DNA of 64,000 nt from Vulcanimicrobiota bacterium (GCA_963805945.1 CAWDVP010000006.1:448001-512000), one strand, 5' to 3'; counted from the stretch's first letter, positions 9,174-19,964 are shown. Numbers and translations are program-made. Notes: generated from the letters alone by a model not told the origin.

Positions 9174-11396
9174 ATGTCTTTGCGTTCGGCGCTCGTCGCA
9201 GCCTCGTTCCTCATCGCCGTGACGGCTGCGACTGTGGGTACCGGCCTGGCGTCGGTGGACCGCACCGACACCCTGCACGCGATCCGCGCCCCGCACCCGA
9301 TGCCGCTCGACGCCACGCTCGCCGATCCTGCATGGCAGGCCGGCACGGTCGCGAGCGGCTTCGTCAATTTCACCTCGCGGACCGCGCCCAAAGTCCAGAC
9401 TACCGTCTATCTCCTCTACGACGACACGAATCTGTACGTAGGCTTCCATTGCGAGCAGGCCGGATACGCGATCGTCGCCAGCCAGACGACCAACAACATC
9501 GGCCAAGGCGTCGACGACTACGGCCTCATCGGCATCGACCCCAGCGGCAATGGTTCGCGGCTGTATCAGTTCAGCACGACGCCCAGGGGCGTCCAATACC
9601 AGACCTCGAGCGAGTCGACGCGCTACAATCCGGCCTGGCAGACCGCGGCGAAGATCAGCGGCACGTCCTGGAACGCGGTCATGATCATCCCGCTCAAGGA
9701 TTTGCGGGCCTCGCCGGGCTCGTGGCGCATCAACCTCGTGCGACACGTGTCAGCCGCCAACGAAGATCTCACGTGGGCGTACGACCCGCAGATGCTCGCC
9801 TGGAACGATTCGACGTATTGGCCGCGCTGGAGCGGTCTGGTCTTCAAGTCGCTCGCCGCGCGGCCGTCTCCGTACGCCAATATCTTCGGCTTGGCGAGCA
9901 TGGGCGCCGATCGCAATTCCTTTCCGCAGCTCAACGGCACCGCAGGACCGTCGCACGCGCCGCACCTCGGCGTCGACGGTTCGATACCGTTCACCGACAC
10001 GCTCGCGCTCGTCGGCACGCTAAACCCCGACTATTCGAACGTCGAGGCCGACCAGCAGACGATCACGCCGCAGCAATTCCAGCGCGCGCTCAACGAGTAC
10101 CGGCCGTTCTTCGCGCAGGGCGCGCTCTATCTGACCCCCAGCGCGCAATTCAGCATCAACGGACCCTCCAACGAGCCCTTCTACACGCCCGCCATCGGCC
10201 AGTTCAACGGCGGCCTGAAGGTCGAAGGCACAGCCGGGCTCAACGCGATCGGCGCGCTGGCCGCCGTCGGTCCGGGCTTCAACGACGAGGCGTTTGGATT
10301 CAATCACCGGACCGCGGACCAGGCATCACGCTATTGGTTCAACGGCGTCGAGGCGCATCACACCGACGACGGATCGAGCGTGACGCCGTGCCCATTCGTC
10401 GGCGCGGCCGAGCTGACGTCGTGCACCGACTCACTGTTCGAGTTCGGTTCCCGAGTTTCGAGCCTGAAGACCGGCGTGGAGGGTGCATTCGACTACGCCA
10501 CCGAGACGGGCGAATACGTCCCCGACGCCGCGAAAGGCCACAGCTTCATCGGTTTCGGAGTGGTAAACCGCTCGCACTACAGCGTGGGCGGCGCGTATCG
10601 CGACATCCAGCCCTACTACGCGCCGGTCGACGGCTTCACGCTCATCAACGATATCCGCGGGCTCGCGGGCTTCGGCAACGCGCAAGGCCAGAGCAAGCCT
10701 GGCGGGCCGTTCAAGAGCTACAGCGTCGGCTTCGGCGCGGAGCGCTATTTCGACGACTCGGGCGCGGTGAAGTACAGCGAGTACAGCTGGTTCCTGCAGG
10801 CCACGCTCAAGGATCTCCTGACGTTCAACACCGGCCCGCTCGACAGTCAGATCCGCCAATACGACGTCGGCTATCCGGTCTATTCGAACGGCAACACGTT
10901 CTCATCGCATACGAACTTCTTCGGACTCAACTATCGCGACGGCACGCCGACGTCGATAGACGGCGCCTGGACCTACGGCCCGAACGCCGGTTTCCTAGCG
11001 CCGGGCGGCGTGCAAGAGCCCTTCTACTCCTCGTTCTACTTCAACGAGTTCGGCCTCAACGGCTCGGCCCAGCTGACTCCGCGCTTCAACGTCACCGCCG
11101 GGTACACGGGGGATTCCGAGCGCTGCTTCTTCACCGGCTGCGTGGTGCAGCAATCGCTGCGTCGTGTCAACCTGGGCTACAGCGTCGGTCCCGACGCCAA
11201 CGTCTCGCTCGCGTATCGCACGATCTCTGGCACGGGCTACGCCCCGACCGCGGTCAACTTCGCGGCGGCGTTCCATCGCAGGTTCCGCGGCGGCAACGAG
11301 CTGTATCTCGAGTGGGGCACGCCGCAGACGACCGCACAGCTCGATCGCTTCGTGGTGAAGTACGTGCTGCATCTGGGCGGCGGCACCGGGACCTAG
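9174..11396 (+). CDS. Envelope protein with CBM9-like sugar-binding domain and DUF5916-like beta-barrel region
   Basis: Signal peptide; LDATLADPAW, YDDTNLYVGF, WRIN (CBM9-like); TLNPDYSNVEAD and EYRPFF (DUF5916-like); amphipathic beta-strands at the C-terminus. Confidence 0.75.
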   Translation: MSLRSALVAASFLIAVTAATVGTGLASVDRTDTLHAIRAPHPMPLDATLADPAWQAGTVASGFVNFTSRTAPKVQTTVYLLYDDTNLYVGFHCEQAGYAIVASQTTNNIGQGVDDYGLIGIDPSGNGSRLYQFSTTPRGVQYQTSSESTRYNPAWQTAAKISGTSWNAVMIIPLKDLRASPGSWRINLVRHVSAANEDLTWAYDPQMLAWNDSTYWPRWSGLVFKSLAARPSPYANIFGLASMGADRNSFPQLNGTAGPSHAPHLGVDGSIPFTDTLALVGTLNPDYSNVEADQQTITPQQFQRALNEYRPFFAQGALYLTPSAQFSINGPSNEPFYTPAIGQFNGGLKVEGTAGLNAIGALAAVGPGFNDEAFGFNHRTADQASRYWFNGVEAHHTDDGSSVTPCPFVGAAELTSCTDSLFEFGSRVSSLKTGVEGAFDYATETGEYVPDAAKGHSFIGFGVVNRSHYSVGGAYRDIQPYYAPVDGFTLINDIRGLAGFGNAQGQSKPGGPFKSYSVGFGAERYFDDSGAVKYSEYSWFLQATLKDLLTFNTGPLDSQIRQYDVGYPVYSNGNTFSSHTNFFGLNYRDGTPTSIDGAWTYGPNAGFLAPGGVQEPFYSSFYFNEFGLNGSAQLTPRFNVTAGYTGDSERCFFTGCVVQQSLRRVNLGYSVGPDANVSLAYRTISGTGYAPTAVNFAAAFHRRFRGGNELYLEWGTPQTTAQLDRFVVKYVLHLGGGTGT

Positions 11397-11397
11397 G

Positions 11398-12408
11398 TCA
11401 CAGGTCTGCCCGCGTGCCGACGCCGCGCGCTTGTGCGCGCTCGTAGACCAGCGCCGCGCACGCGATATCTTCGATAGCGATGCCGAGCGACTCGAACAGC
11501 GTGATGTCGTCGTCCGATGTGCGGCCCGGCGCGCGGCCGGCGACGACGTCTGCCAGCAGCGTGAGCATCGGCGGCGCTTGCAGCACGCCGTCGGCCACCG
11601 CCAAGACGATGTCACCGGCTTCGTGCAGCGCGCCGTCGAGCGAATCGACGAAGAGCGCGGCGCGGGCCATCAGTTCGGCCGGTATTTCGCGCGCGCGCGG
11701 CGTGCACGCGCCCACCGCGTTGAGGTGCGCGCCGCGCTTCACCACGCGGTCCGGCAGGACTGGTTCGCTCGAGGCGGTCACCGTGCAGATCACGTCTGCG
11801 TCTTCGCATGCCGCCTCGGCGCTTTCAGAGGCGCGCGCCGCGATGCCCGCCTCGCGCAGCTCGCGCACCAGTGCGTCGGCACGGCGGCGCTCCCGCCCCC
11901 AGACCCGCAGATCATCCATGCGCATCACGAGACGTAGCGCGTGCGCGTGCGCGCGAGCCTGGACGCCGGTGCCGAGGACGGCGGCTATGGACGCATCCGG
12001 TCGCGCGAGCGCCTTCGTCGCCACCGCCGAAACGGCCGCCGTCCGGATCTCGGTGATATAGCGGCCGTCCATCAGCGCGCGCGGCTCGCCGTTGTGCGCG
12101 TCGAACAGCGCGATGAGCGCGTGGTGCGTATGCAGATCGCGTTCTGCGTTCCCGGGGAAGACGCTCACCAGCTTTGCGCCGAGAACGGAGCTCGTAGAGG
12201 TAGCCGAGGACGGTCGGGCAAGCTCGACCGCCCCAGAGCTTATGTGGCCTGGCATCGCGCCGAGCAGGCCGTCTTTGGCGAACACGATGTTGCGCAGGGG
12301 GAACCGCGCCGCATCGGAGGCTTGCGCGCGCAATGCGCCGTCGACGGCGTCGATCGCGTCGTTGATGGTCAGCAGAGACGCGATGTCGGCCTCGTTAAGG
12401 ATCAGCAA
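11398..12408 (-). CDS. Ornithine cyclodeaminase / mu-crystallin family protein
   Basis: GAKLVSVFP, ITEIRTAAVSA, LGTGVQAR, HLNAVGA, FESLGIAIEDIA. Confidence 0.92.
   Translation of the reverse strand: MLILNEADIASLLTINDAIDAVDGALRAQASDAARFPLRNIVFAKDGLLGAMPGHISSGAVELARPSSATSTSSVLGAKLVSVFPGNAERDLHTHHALIALFDAHNGEPRALMDGRYITEIRTAAVSAVATKALARPDASIAAVLGTGVQARAHAHALRLVMRMDDLRVWGRERRRADALVRELREAGIAARASESAEAACEDADVICTVTASSEPVLPDRVVKRGAHLNAVGACTPRAREIPAELMARAALFVDSLDGALHEAGDIVLAVADGVLQAPPMLTLLADVVAGRAPGRTSDDDITLFESLGIAIEDIACAALVYERAQARGVGTRADL
12211..12235 (-). repeat. CGGTCG-N8-CGACCG hairpin inside the cyclodeaminase gene
   Basis: Minus strand TGGGG-CGGTCG-AGCTTGCC-CGACCG; resembles TGGAG-CGGTCG-N8-CGACCG at 50697 and 57524. 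Confidence 0.65.
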
Positions 12409-12809
12409 GCGTATCGAGCAAGATGAGCGCTTCGCCGTCGAGCACGACCTCTGCGCTCTGGTTCGCGCAGTGCGTCCGCAGCGTGACGAGCGCCTTCTCC
12501 GGATTGACGGCGAGCACCGTAGCCGTCGCGGTGATGGTGTCTCCCGGGAATACCGGCTTCAGGAATTCCAGCGATTGCGACACCCAGACCGATCCGGGGC
12601 CTGGGCAGCTTCGTGCCGATGACCGCCGAGATGAGGCTGGCCGTCAGCATGCCGTGCGCTATCTGCGTGCCGTAGCGCGTGCGCCGCGCGAACGCCGCCG
12701 AGAGATGCATCGGGTTGGTGTCGAGCGAGAGCGCGGCGAACGCCTCGATGTCCGCCATCTCGATCGTCCTCACGACGTGCGCGCTTGCGCCGATCGCAGG
12801 AGGTTCCAC
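12395..12809 (-). CDS. MaoC/PhaJ-like (R)-enoyl-CoA hydratase, one apparent frameshift near 12603
   Basis: DTNPMH...IAHGML...GTKLP, then PGSVWVSQSLEFLKPV in another frame; removing one C restores LPGPG. Confidence 0.85.
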
Positions 12810-14006
<1,197 letters not shown>

Positions 14007-14024
14007 CCCTCCCGGCTTTTGAGA

Positions 14025-14405
14025 CTACTTGATCTGGATCGTCACGGCGACGTGCTGGCCGTCGCGGATCACACCCGATATGTCCACGTGGACACCGACG
14101 CGCAGGTCGGCGATGCTGCCGGTCTCGCCATGCTTGTCGATGGACGTGGTAGGCGTGACATGGATGGACTGCTTCACCCCGGCGGCGGTGACTTCGACGA
14201 CGTTTTGGGCATACGCGACGCCCGAGACGACGCCGGTGATCTGGAAGTTGCCTTCGTTGACCGCCAGCCCGCTATAGATGCTCTCGTCCGCCCGCACGCC
14301 TGCCGGGCAAGCGGCGCAGGCTGCGGCGGGCTGCGACGGCGCGCACAGCCAGGCTGCGGCGACGATCGCGGCCATCGCCAAGAGCTTCGGGTTCTTCAGA
14401 CTCAT
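14025..14405 (-). CDS. Secreted DUF5666-like small beta protein
   Basis: Signal peptide; ITGVV...VTPTTSI...DLRVGVHVDISG pattern. Confidence 0.6.
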   Translation of the reverse strand: MSLKNPKLLAMAAIVAAAWLCAPSQPAAACAACPAGVRADESIYSGLAVNEGNFQITGVVSGVAYAQNVVEVTAAGVKQSIHVTPTTSIDKHGETGSIADLRVGVHVDISGVIRDGQHVAVTIQIK

Positions 14406-14426
14406 CTTCCGTATCATACGCCTGTG

Positions 14427-14454
14427 TAACGCATCCCGCAATGCGAGCGTTGCG
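14427..14454 (-). promoter_or_regulatory. Putative ECF sigma promoter CGCAAC-N16-GCGTTA
   Basis: Same hexamers and spacing as the motif upstream of the anti-sigma gene (59046-59073); lies just upstream of the DUF5666-like gene. Confidence 0.55.
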
Positions 14455-14527
14455 CGAAACGTCGTCCGGACGCCGGTCACCCCCGTGTGGTCGAGGCCGC
14501 CGGGGAAGCAGGCACGAACTCGCAGGC

Positions 14528-15385
14528 ATGGACACTACGCGCTTGCCCTCGCGACTCCTTGGCTCGACCGGCGTGCGCGTCTCCGCCCTCGGTCTGGGAG
14601 GCGAGGGCGTGTTGCGGACCTTCGGCCGCGACGCGCAGGCGCGCGCGGTGATCGATGCGGCGATCGAGGAAGGCGTGACCTACTTCGATTGCGCGAGCGC
14701 CTATGCGGGCAGCGAGCAATACTACGGCGCGTCGCTCGGCTCCCGGCGCGACTCCATCTTCCTGTGTTCGAAGGCGCATGACCGGTCGTATGCCGGGGCG
14801 CTGGACATGCTCGATCGAACGCTCGCGAACATGCGCACCGACCATCTGGATCTGTGGCAGTTCCACGACGTGCGCACCATCGAAGATCTCGATCTGCTCG
14901 ACGGCGAGCGCGGCACGTACGCCGCATTCGTGCGCGCCAAGGAACAGGGCAAGGCCCGCTTCATCGGGATCACCGGACATTACGATCCGCAGATCATGCT
15001 CGAGGCGATCCAACGCTTCACGTTCGATTGCGTGCTGCTGCCGGTCAACCCATGCGAGGCCGCAGTGGACTCCTTCGCCTCGACCGTTATCCCGGAGGCC
15101 GCCGCACGCGGCATGGGCGTCATCGCGATGAAGGTCCTCGGTCGCGGGCTGCTGTTGGGGATGAAGGAAGACCCGCCGCTGGAGGCGCTCGTCGATTACG
15201 CGCTCTCCGCACCGGTTTCCGTCGCGATCATCGGCTGCGACGACGTGGCGCAGGTGCAAGCCGCGGCGCGCGCCACGCGTACGTCAGCGCCGATGTCTGC
15301 GGAGCATCAGCGCGCGCTCGAGAAGCGCCTGGGTCCGGAAAGCAAACGCACGCTGTATTACAGGCGGCCCGCCGCACCCGCTTGA
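14528..15385 (+). CDS. Aldo/keto reductase
   Basis: LGSTGVRVSALGLGG, YFDCASAY, SE, DHLDLWQFH, GKARFIGITGH, GVIAMK. Confidence 0.92.
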   Translation: MDTTRLPSRLLGSTGVRVSALGLGGEGVLRTFGRDAQARAVIDAAIEEGVTYFDCASAYAGSEQYYGASLGSRRDSIFLCSKAHDRSYAGALDMLDRTLANMRTDHLDLWQFHDVRTIEDLDLLDGERGTYAAFVRAKEQGKARFIGITGHYDPQIMLEAIQRFTFDCVLLPVNPCEAAVDSFASTVIPEAAARGMGVIAMKVLGRGLLLGMKEDPPLEALVDYALSAPVSVAIIGCDDVAQVQAAARATRTSAPMSAEHQRALEKRLGPESKRTLYYRRPAAPA

Positions 15386-15873
15386 GGATCGCGCGTCCCG
15401 CGCCTGCTCAGCGTGAACGCAAGCGCGATGACATAGGTCCAGCAGACCAATGCAAGTATCGCGGAAAGTAGCACTGTGCCGAGCGGCCGTGGACCGATGA
15501 ACGTGATCAGGCAGATCACGAACGTATAGAACACAAGAGCGTAGTAGACGCCTCTCGACCAGATCGGCGCGTCCTTCAAAGATGCGCTCGTTATCGCCCT
15601 CATCTTATCGAAAGCGGAGAGATCGACGCGACGAGCGAGTGCCGGACGGAGCGCTCGGACGTCCTCGTCACTGAACGCCTCCACCAGCAGCGGGAATGCT
15701 TGGAGAATCACTGCGAGCATCCCGATACAAAAGAAGAAACCTGTGATTGCGAAAAACTCAGGCGTCCCGAGTTGCAACCATGCTGCGATATTCAGCACGG
15801 CGCTGAGCGCGAAAAGCGCAAGTGAGGCGACATAGACGGTTCTCAACGCGACCATAACGCGTGTCTTCGCCAC
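15358..15873 (-). CDS. Hypothetical membrane protein (about 4 TM)
   Basis: Four hydrophobic segments, AGGAGG upstream, visibly more AT-rich than neighbours. Confidence 0.6.
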   Translation of the reverse strand: MAKTRVMVALRTVYVASLALFALSAVLNIAAWLQLGTPEFFAITGFFFCIGMLAVILQAFPLLVEAFSDEDVRALRPALARRVDLSAFDKMRAITSASLKDAPIWSRGVYYALVFYTFVICLITFIGPRPLGTVLLSAILALVCWTYVIALAFTLSRRGTRDPQAGAAGRL

Positions 15874-15889
15874 GGCTCGAACCTGCCTC

Positions 15890-16729
15890 CTACGCCACGA
15901 AGTCGATGTCCGGGACGGTCGGGATAATGCCGGCCTGCGCGCCGCGCTCCAAGAACAACCGGATGCTTTTGCTGCCGTCGTCGCCGAGTTCGACGGTGCG
16001 CGCGTTGACGTACATGCCGACGAATGTGTCTGCGGTGCGCTTCTCCATGCCGCGCGCGAAGGTGAGCGCCCACTCGAGCGCCTCTTGCCGATGCGCGAGT
16101 CCGTATTCGATGCTCGCCTTGAGATCGCGCGACATCTGACGTTTCACATCCTCGGGCAGCGAACGCCTGATGGTGTTGACGCCAAGCGGCAGCGGGAGAC
16201 CTGTCTGCGCATGCCACCACGAGCCGAGGTTGACGATCGAATGCAAACCGCGCTCCGCGTGCGTCAGCTGCCCTTCGTGGATGAGCAAGCCATACTGTGC
16301 GCTGCCGTCTTCGACGGCCTCCATGATGCGGTCGAACGGCATGACCTGCGGCGTGAAATCGCCGACGCACAAACGCAGCGCCAAGTAGGCGCTCGTCATG
16401 AGGCCTGGCACCGCGATCGTCGCGCCGCGCAGGGATTCAACCAAGCCGGGCGCGCGCGCCACGACCATCGGACCGTACGACGCCTCGCCCATCGACGCGC
16501 CGTGATTCAAGATGGCGTACTTGTCTGCGACGTACGCGTACGCATGCACGGAGATCGCGGTCGTGTCGAGCCGGCCTTCGCGCGCCCATTCATTGAGCGT
16601 CTGGATATCTTTGAGGATATGCTCGTAGGACAGCGTGCCGTCGCCGACCTTGCCCTTGGCGAGCGCGTAGAACATGAACGCGTCATCGGAATCCGGCGAG
16701 TGGCCGAGCGTCAGCGTCTTGGTCATCAT
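15890..16729 (-). CDS. mqnD: 1,4-dihydroxy-6-naphthoate synthase (futalosine menaquinone pathway), MqnA/MqnD family
   Basis: LGHSPDSDDAFMFYAL, DIQTLN, IAVPGLMTSA, GLLIHEGQ, TGLPLPLG, MYVN. Confidence 0.8.
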   Translation of the reverse strand: MMTKTLTLGHSPDSDDAFMFYALAKGKVGDGTLSYEHILKDIQTLNEWAREGRLDTTAISVHAYAYVADKYAILNHGASMGEASYGPMVVARAPGLVESLRGATIAVPGLMTSAYLALRLCVGDFTPQVMPFDRIMEAVEDGSAQYGLLIHEGQLTHAERGLHSIVNLGSWWHAQTGLPLPLGVNTIRRSLPEDVKRQMSRDLKASIEYGLAHRQEALEWALTFARGMEKRTADTFVGMYVNARTVELGDDGSKSIRLFLERGAQAGIIPTVPDIDFVA

Positions 16730-16784
16730 CGCGCGGCCGCTTCGCGAAGGACTCGGCCTTCCCCGCCCCTAAACAATCAAGGCC

Positions 16785-17141
16785 ATGAATGAGCAAGATA
16801 CTTCTGCCGCAGTGACCGCGCCCGCCGAAGAGCATGCCGTCACTGAGGAGCAGGTCCGCGAAGCCCTCAAGAGCGTCATCGATCCAGAGATCGGACTCGA
16901 CATGGTGAGCCTCGGCTTGCTCTATGGCGTCGCCGTGGAAGGCTCGAAGGTCAAAGTGACCATGACGCTCACCACGCCGGCCTGTCCGGTGGGACCCGCG
17001 TTCGTGAACGCGGTGCATCAAGCGGTGAAGGCGATGCCAGGCGTCAGCGATTGCGATGTCGATCTCGTGTTCTCGCCGCCGTGGGATCCGCGCACCATGG
17101 CAAGCGACGAGGTCAAACTGCAGATGGGGTTCTACTACTGA
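16785..17141 (+). CDS. Metal-sulfur cluster assembly factor (DUF59/SufT-like)
   Basis: VIDPEIG...LGL.Y, MTLTTPACP, VFSPPW. Confidence 0.9.
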   Translation: MNEQDTSAAVTAPAEEHAVTEEQVREALKSVIDPEIGLDMVSLGLLYGVAVEGSKVKVTMTLTTPACPVGPAFVNAVHQAVKAMPGVSDCDVDLVFSPPWDPRTMASDEVKLQMGFYY

Positions 17142-17911
17142 GCGCCGCGGACGCAGCGAAGGTCGCCGACGGCGCCGAGACGGGCGCCGTTTCCGTTCGC
17201 GGTCTGGTGAAGCGCTACGGCGATGTCGTCGCGGTGGACGATCTGTCGTTCGACGTCGCGAGCGGCGAGTTCTTCGGCTTCCTCGGCCCCAACGGCGCCG
17301 GCAAGACGACGACTATCAACGCGATCGTCGGGCTTGCCAATTTCCAGGCCGGCTCCATCCATATCTTCGGCGCCGATAGCGTCACGGACTATCGCCGCGC
17401 GCGTTCGTATGTCGGCCTCTCGCCGCAGGACTTCAATTTCGACCGCTACCTCACGGTCGAAGAGATCCTCATCTATCAGGGCGGCTACTACGGCATGCCG
17501 CAAGCGACCGCGCGGCCACGCGTCGCGCAACTGCTCGAACAGTTCGAGCTCACCGACAAACGCCGCTCCACCTACCTGCAGCTCTCCGGCGGCATGAAAC
17601 GCCGCCTCTCGCTCGCGCGCGCGCTCGTGCATCAGCCACGCCTACTCATCCTCGACGAGCCGACCGCCGGCATGGACGTCGAGCTGCGGCTCGAGCTGTG
17701 GGAATTCCTCAAGCGCATCAACGCCGACGGCATGACCGTGTTCATGACCTCGCATTACCTCGAAGAGGTCGAGATGTTGTGCTCCCGCATCGGCATCATC
17801 GACGGCGGCAAGCTCGTCGCGCTTGAGAATAAGGACGCGCTCGTCGCCACGCACGGCCGCGGCGGGCTGCAGGACTTCTTCTTGGACCTCGTCGGGCGGC
17901 GGCCGCGATGA
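17138..17911 (+). CDS. ABC-2 transporter ATP-binding protein
   Basis: GPNGAGKTT, LSGGMKRR, ILDEPT, SH. Start uncertain: possible CTG at 17138. Confidence 0.9.
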   Translation: MSAADAAKVADGAETGAVSVRGLVKRYGDVVAVDDLSFDVASGEFFGFLGPNGAGKTTTINAIVGLANFQAGSIHIFGADSVTDYRRARSYVGLSPQDFNFDRYLTVEEILIYQGGYYGMPQATARPRVAQLLEQFELTDKRRSTYLQLSGGMKRRLSLARALVHQPRLLILDEPTAGMDVELRLELWEFLKRINADGMTVFMTSHYLEEVEMLCSRIGIIDGGKLVALENKDALVATHGRGGLQDFFLDLVGRRPR

Positions 17912-18675
17912 TCGCGAACTGGGTCGGCCTCGAGACGATCGTGCGGCGCGAGTTCAAACGCACGATGATGACCATCAATCAGGTCGTGTGGCCGCCGATC
18001 ATCTCGACGCTGCTGTTCCTCTTCATCTTCGGCGTCGGCTTGAGCAACTCGATGCGCACGATGAGCGGCGTGCCGTACGTGCAGTTCCTCTTGCCAGGCC
18101 TGGTGATGCTCAACGTCATCTCGTCGAGTTACGACGAATCGTCGTCATCGCTCTTCCAGCAGCGCTTCCAGATGTCCATTCAGGAGCTGCTCATCGCGCC
18201 GCTCTCGCACTTGGAGCTTCTGCTCGGCTACCTCGTCGGCAGCATCCTGCGCGGCGTGGTCATCGGCGGACTCGTCATGGGGATCGGGCTGCTCATCGTG
18301 CACGTCGCGCCGCAGGACGGGCTGGTGCTCTTCTACTTCATGCTGATCACGTCGCTGCTGTTCTCCGCCGTGGGCATGATCGCGGGGCTGCTGGCGAAGA
18401 CGTTCGACAATCTCGCCATTTTGACGACGTTCATCATCACGCCCCTGACCTATGTGGGCGGCGTCTTCTCGAGCATCCACCAACTGCCCCCGATCGTCCA
18501 ACGGATCGCGTACTTCAACCCGATGCAGTATATGGTGGACGGGCTGCGCTTCGGCTACCTTGGGGCGTCGGACATCAATCCGATGGTGGACGCCGCGGTC
18601 GTCACCGTGCTCGCCATCGCCGCGTTCTCCGTCGCGTATTGGATGACCAAGAAGGGCGTCAACCTCAAGGTCTAG
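17908..18675 (+). CDS. ABC-2 transporter permease (YadH-like)
   Basis: RREFKR, YVQFLLPGL, ITPLTYVGGVF, FNPMQYMVDGLRFG. Confidence 0.9.
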   Translation: MIANWVGLETIVRREFKRTMMTINQVVWPPIISTLLFLFIFGVGLSNSMRTMSGVPYVQFLLPGLVMLNVISSSYDESSSSLFQQRFQMSIQELLIAPLSHLELLLGYLVGSILRGVVIGGLVMGIGLLIVHVAPQDGLVLFYFMLITSLLFSAVGMIAGLLAKTFDNLAILTTFIITPLTYVGGVFSSIHQLPPIVQRIAYFNPMQYMVDGLRFGYLGASDINPMVDAAVVTVLAIAAFSVAYWMTKKGVNLKV

Positions 18676-18735
18676 GGCCGATCTGAAGATCGGCCCCTAC
18701 CTTGCTCGAGGGCCGATCTAAAGATCGGCCCCTAC
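18675..18735 (-). repeat. Two tandem GTAG-type REP-like hairpins (copies E and F), 35-bp period
   Basis: Plus strand GGGCCGATC-TGAA-GATCGGCCC-CTAC (18675-18700) and GGGCCGATC-TAAA-GATCGGCCC-CTAC (18710-18735), between convergent genes. Confidence 0.88.
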
Positions 18736-18736
18736 A

Positions 18737-19195
18737 TCACTTGCCCTTCTTGGAGGGGGCGGTCAGGCTCTTGCCTTCGTACTCTTCTACTTGCTTGCGC
18801 CGCTCGTCGGAGATGAGCGTCGAGCGCTCGTTCGCAAAATCGTACATGACCGACACCGAGTTCACCTCGGCGACCAATTGCCCGGTGGCCGCGTTGGTGA
18901 TCTCCACTTCCACGAGAAACGACGAGCGACGCAGTTCGACGACCCGGCAGCCGACGAGCAGCTCGTCGCCCAGCTTCGCAGACGCATGGTACCGCGCGGT
19001 CAGCTCGGCGAGCACGAAGTCGAGCTCCTCGACGTTCTTCATGCCGCACACCTGCATCCAATACTCGTTGCGCGCCGTCTCGCAGTAGGTCAGATAGACC
19101 GCATGATTGACGTGGCGCAAGCCGTCGATGTCGCGGAAGACGACCTTGATCGGCCGTACGAATTTGAAACGGTTGAGCCGTCCGTCCATCTCCAA
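18737..19195 (-). CDS. Acyl-CoA thioesterase (hot-dog fold, 4HBT family)
   Basis: VVFRDIDGLRHVNHAVYLTYCETAR. Confidence 0.9.
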   Translation of the reverse strand: MEMDGRLNRFKFVRPIKVVFRDIDGLRHVNHAVYLTYCETARNEYWMQVCGMKNVEELDFVLAELTARYHASAKLGDELLVGCRVVELRRSSFLVEVEITNAATGQLVAEVNSVSVMYDFANERSTLISDERRKQVEEYEGKSLTAPSKKGK

Positions 19196-19196
19196 C

Positions 19197-19541
19197 CTAT
19201 GCGGCCTGAGACGGCGGCGACAGCCGTTGTCGGACGTACGCTCCCGCGTACACCCCGAGCAACGGCGGCACGAGCGCGAGCAGCGGCGCGACGATGTCTT
19301 TGAAGTGCGGTTGGCCGAAGGGGTAGGTCAGCCGATAGACGATCTCCGCGATCGGCACCCAGACGCCGAGCACGAGCGCCCATCGCCATGGCGCGCGCGG
19401 CTCAAGGAAGCCGAGCAGACCGCCGAACAAGAGCAGCAGCACGTAGACCAGCACGTCGCCGGCGCCGTGCAGCCCGGCGTACGCCGTTATGAAACCAAGG
19501 ACTATACCCAAGGCCGTAAGCCAGAGCGTTGTGGTCCCCAC
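19197..19541 (-). CDS. Small hypothetical membrane protein
   Basis: Four hydrophobic segments with PWRWAL; GTG start after AAGGAG. Confidence 0.6.
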   Translation of the reverse strand: MGTTTLWLTALGIVLGFITAYAGLHGAGDVLVYVLLLLFGGLLGFLEPRAPWRWALVLGVWVPIAEIVYRLTYPFGQPHFKDIVAPLLALVPPLLGVYAGAYVRQRLSPPSQAA

Positions 19542-19572
19542 GAATCGCTCCTTCAAGACCCCCGCTGCACAA

Positions 19573-19964
19573 TCATTTCGGGCCCGCCAGCACGGCGTCC
19601 GCCTCGATCTCGACGACGATGTCGGGCGCGATGAGGCGCCGCACTTCGACCGCCGTGCACGCCGGCCGCACATCGCCGAACATCTCGGCATGCGCTGTGC
19701 CGACCGCGTGCCAGTCATTGATGTCGGTCACGAAGATGCGCGTGCGCACTACGTCTTCCGGCCGCGCTCCGGCTTCGCGCAGGGCGTCGGCGATGCGTTC
19801 GAGCGCACGCTGGCCTGCGTGTAGGCGTCCGGCCCCGCGACGACGCCGTGGCCATCCGTCCCGGTGGTGCCGGAGACATAGACGTGCGACCCGGCTCGCA
19901 CGGCTCTGGAAAAACCGACGAGCGGCTCCCATGGAGATGGGCTTGCGATGCGGAGGCGTTCCAT
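19573..19964 (-). CDS. RidA family protein, one apparent frameshift near 19811
   Basis: SPWEPLVGFSRAVR...VSGTT, then DVVRTRIFV...GDVRPA...VEIEADA in another frame. Confidence 0.88.

Noticed and set aside
9332..11446. Long alternative-frame and antisense ORFs (also 20110-22179, 6283-8028, 54629-56251)
   Set aside because: Arg/Ala-rich shadow ORFs expected in high-GC DNA, overlapping well-supported genes.
18675..18735. Palindromic repeats as a mini-CRISPR
   Set aside because: Only two units with a 9-nt gap, dispersed copies elsewhere and no cas genes; REP-like instead.
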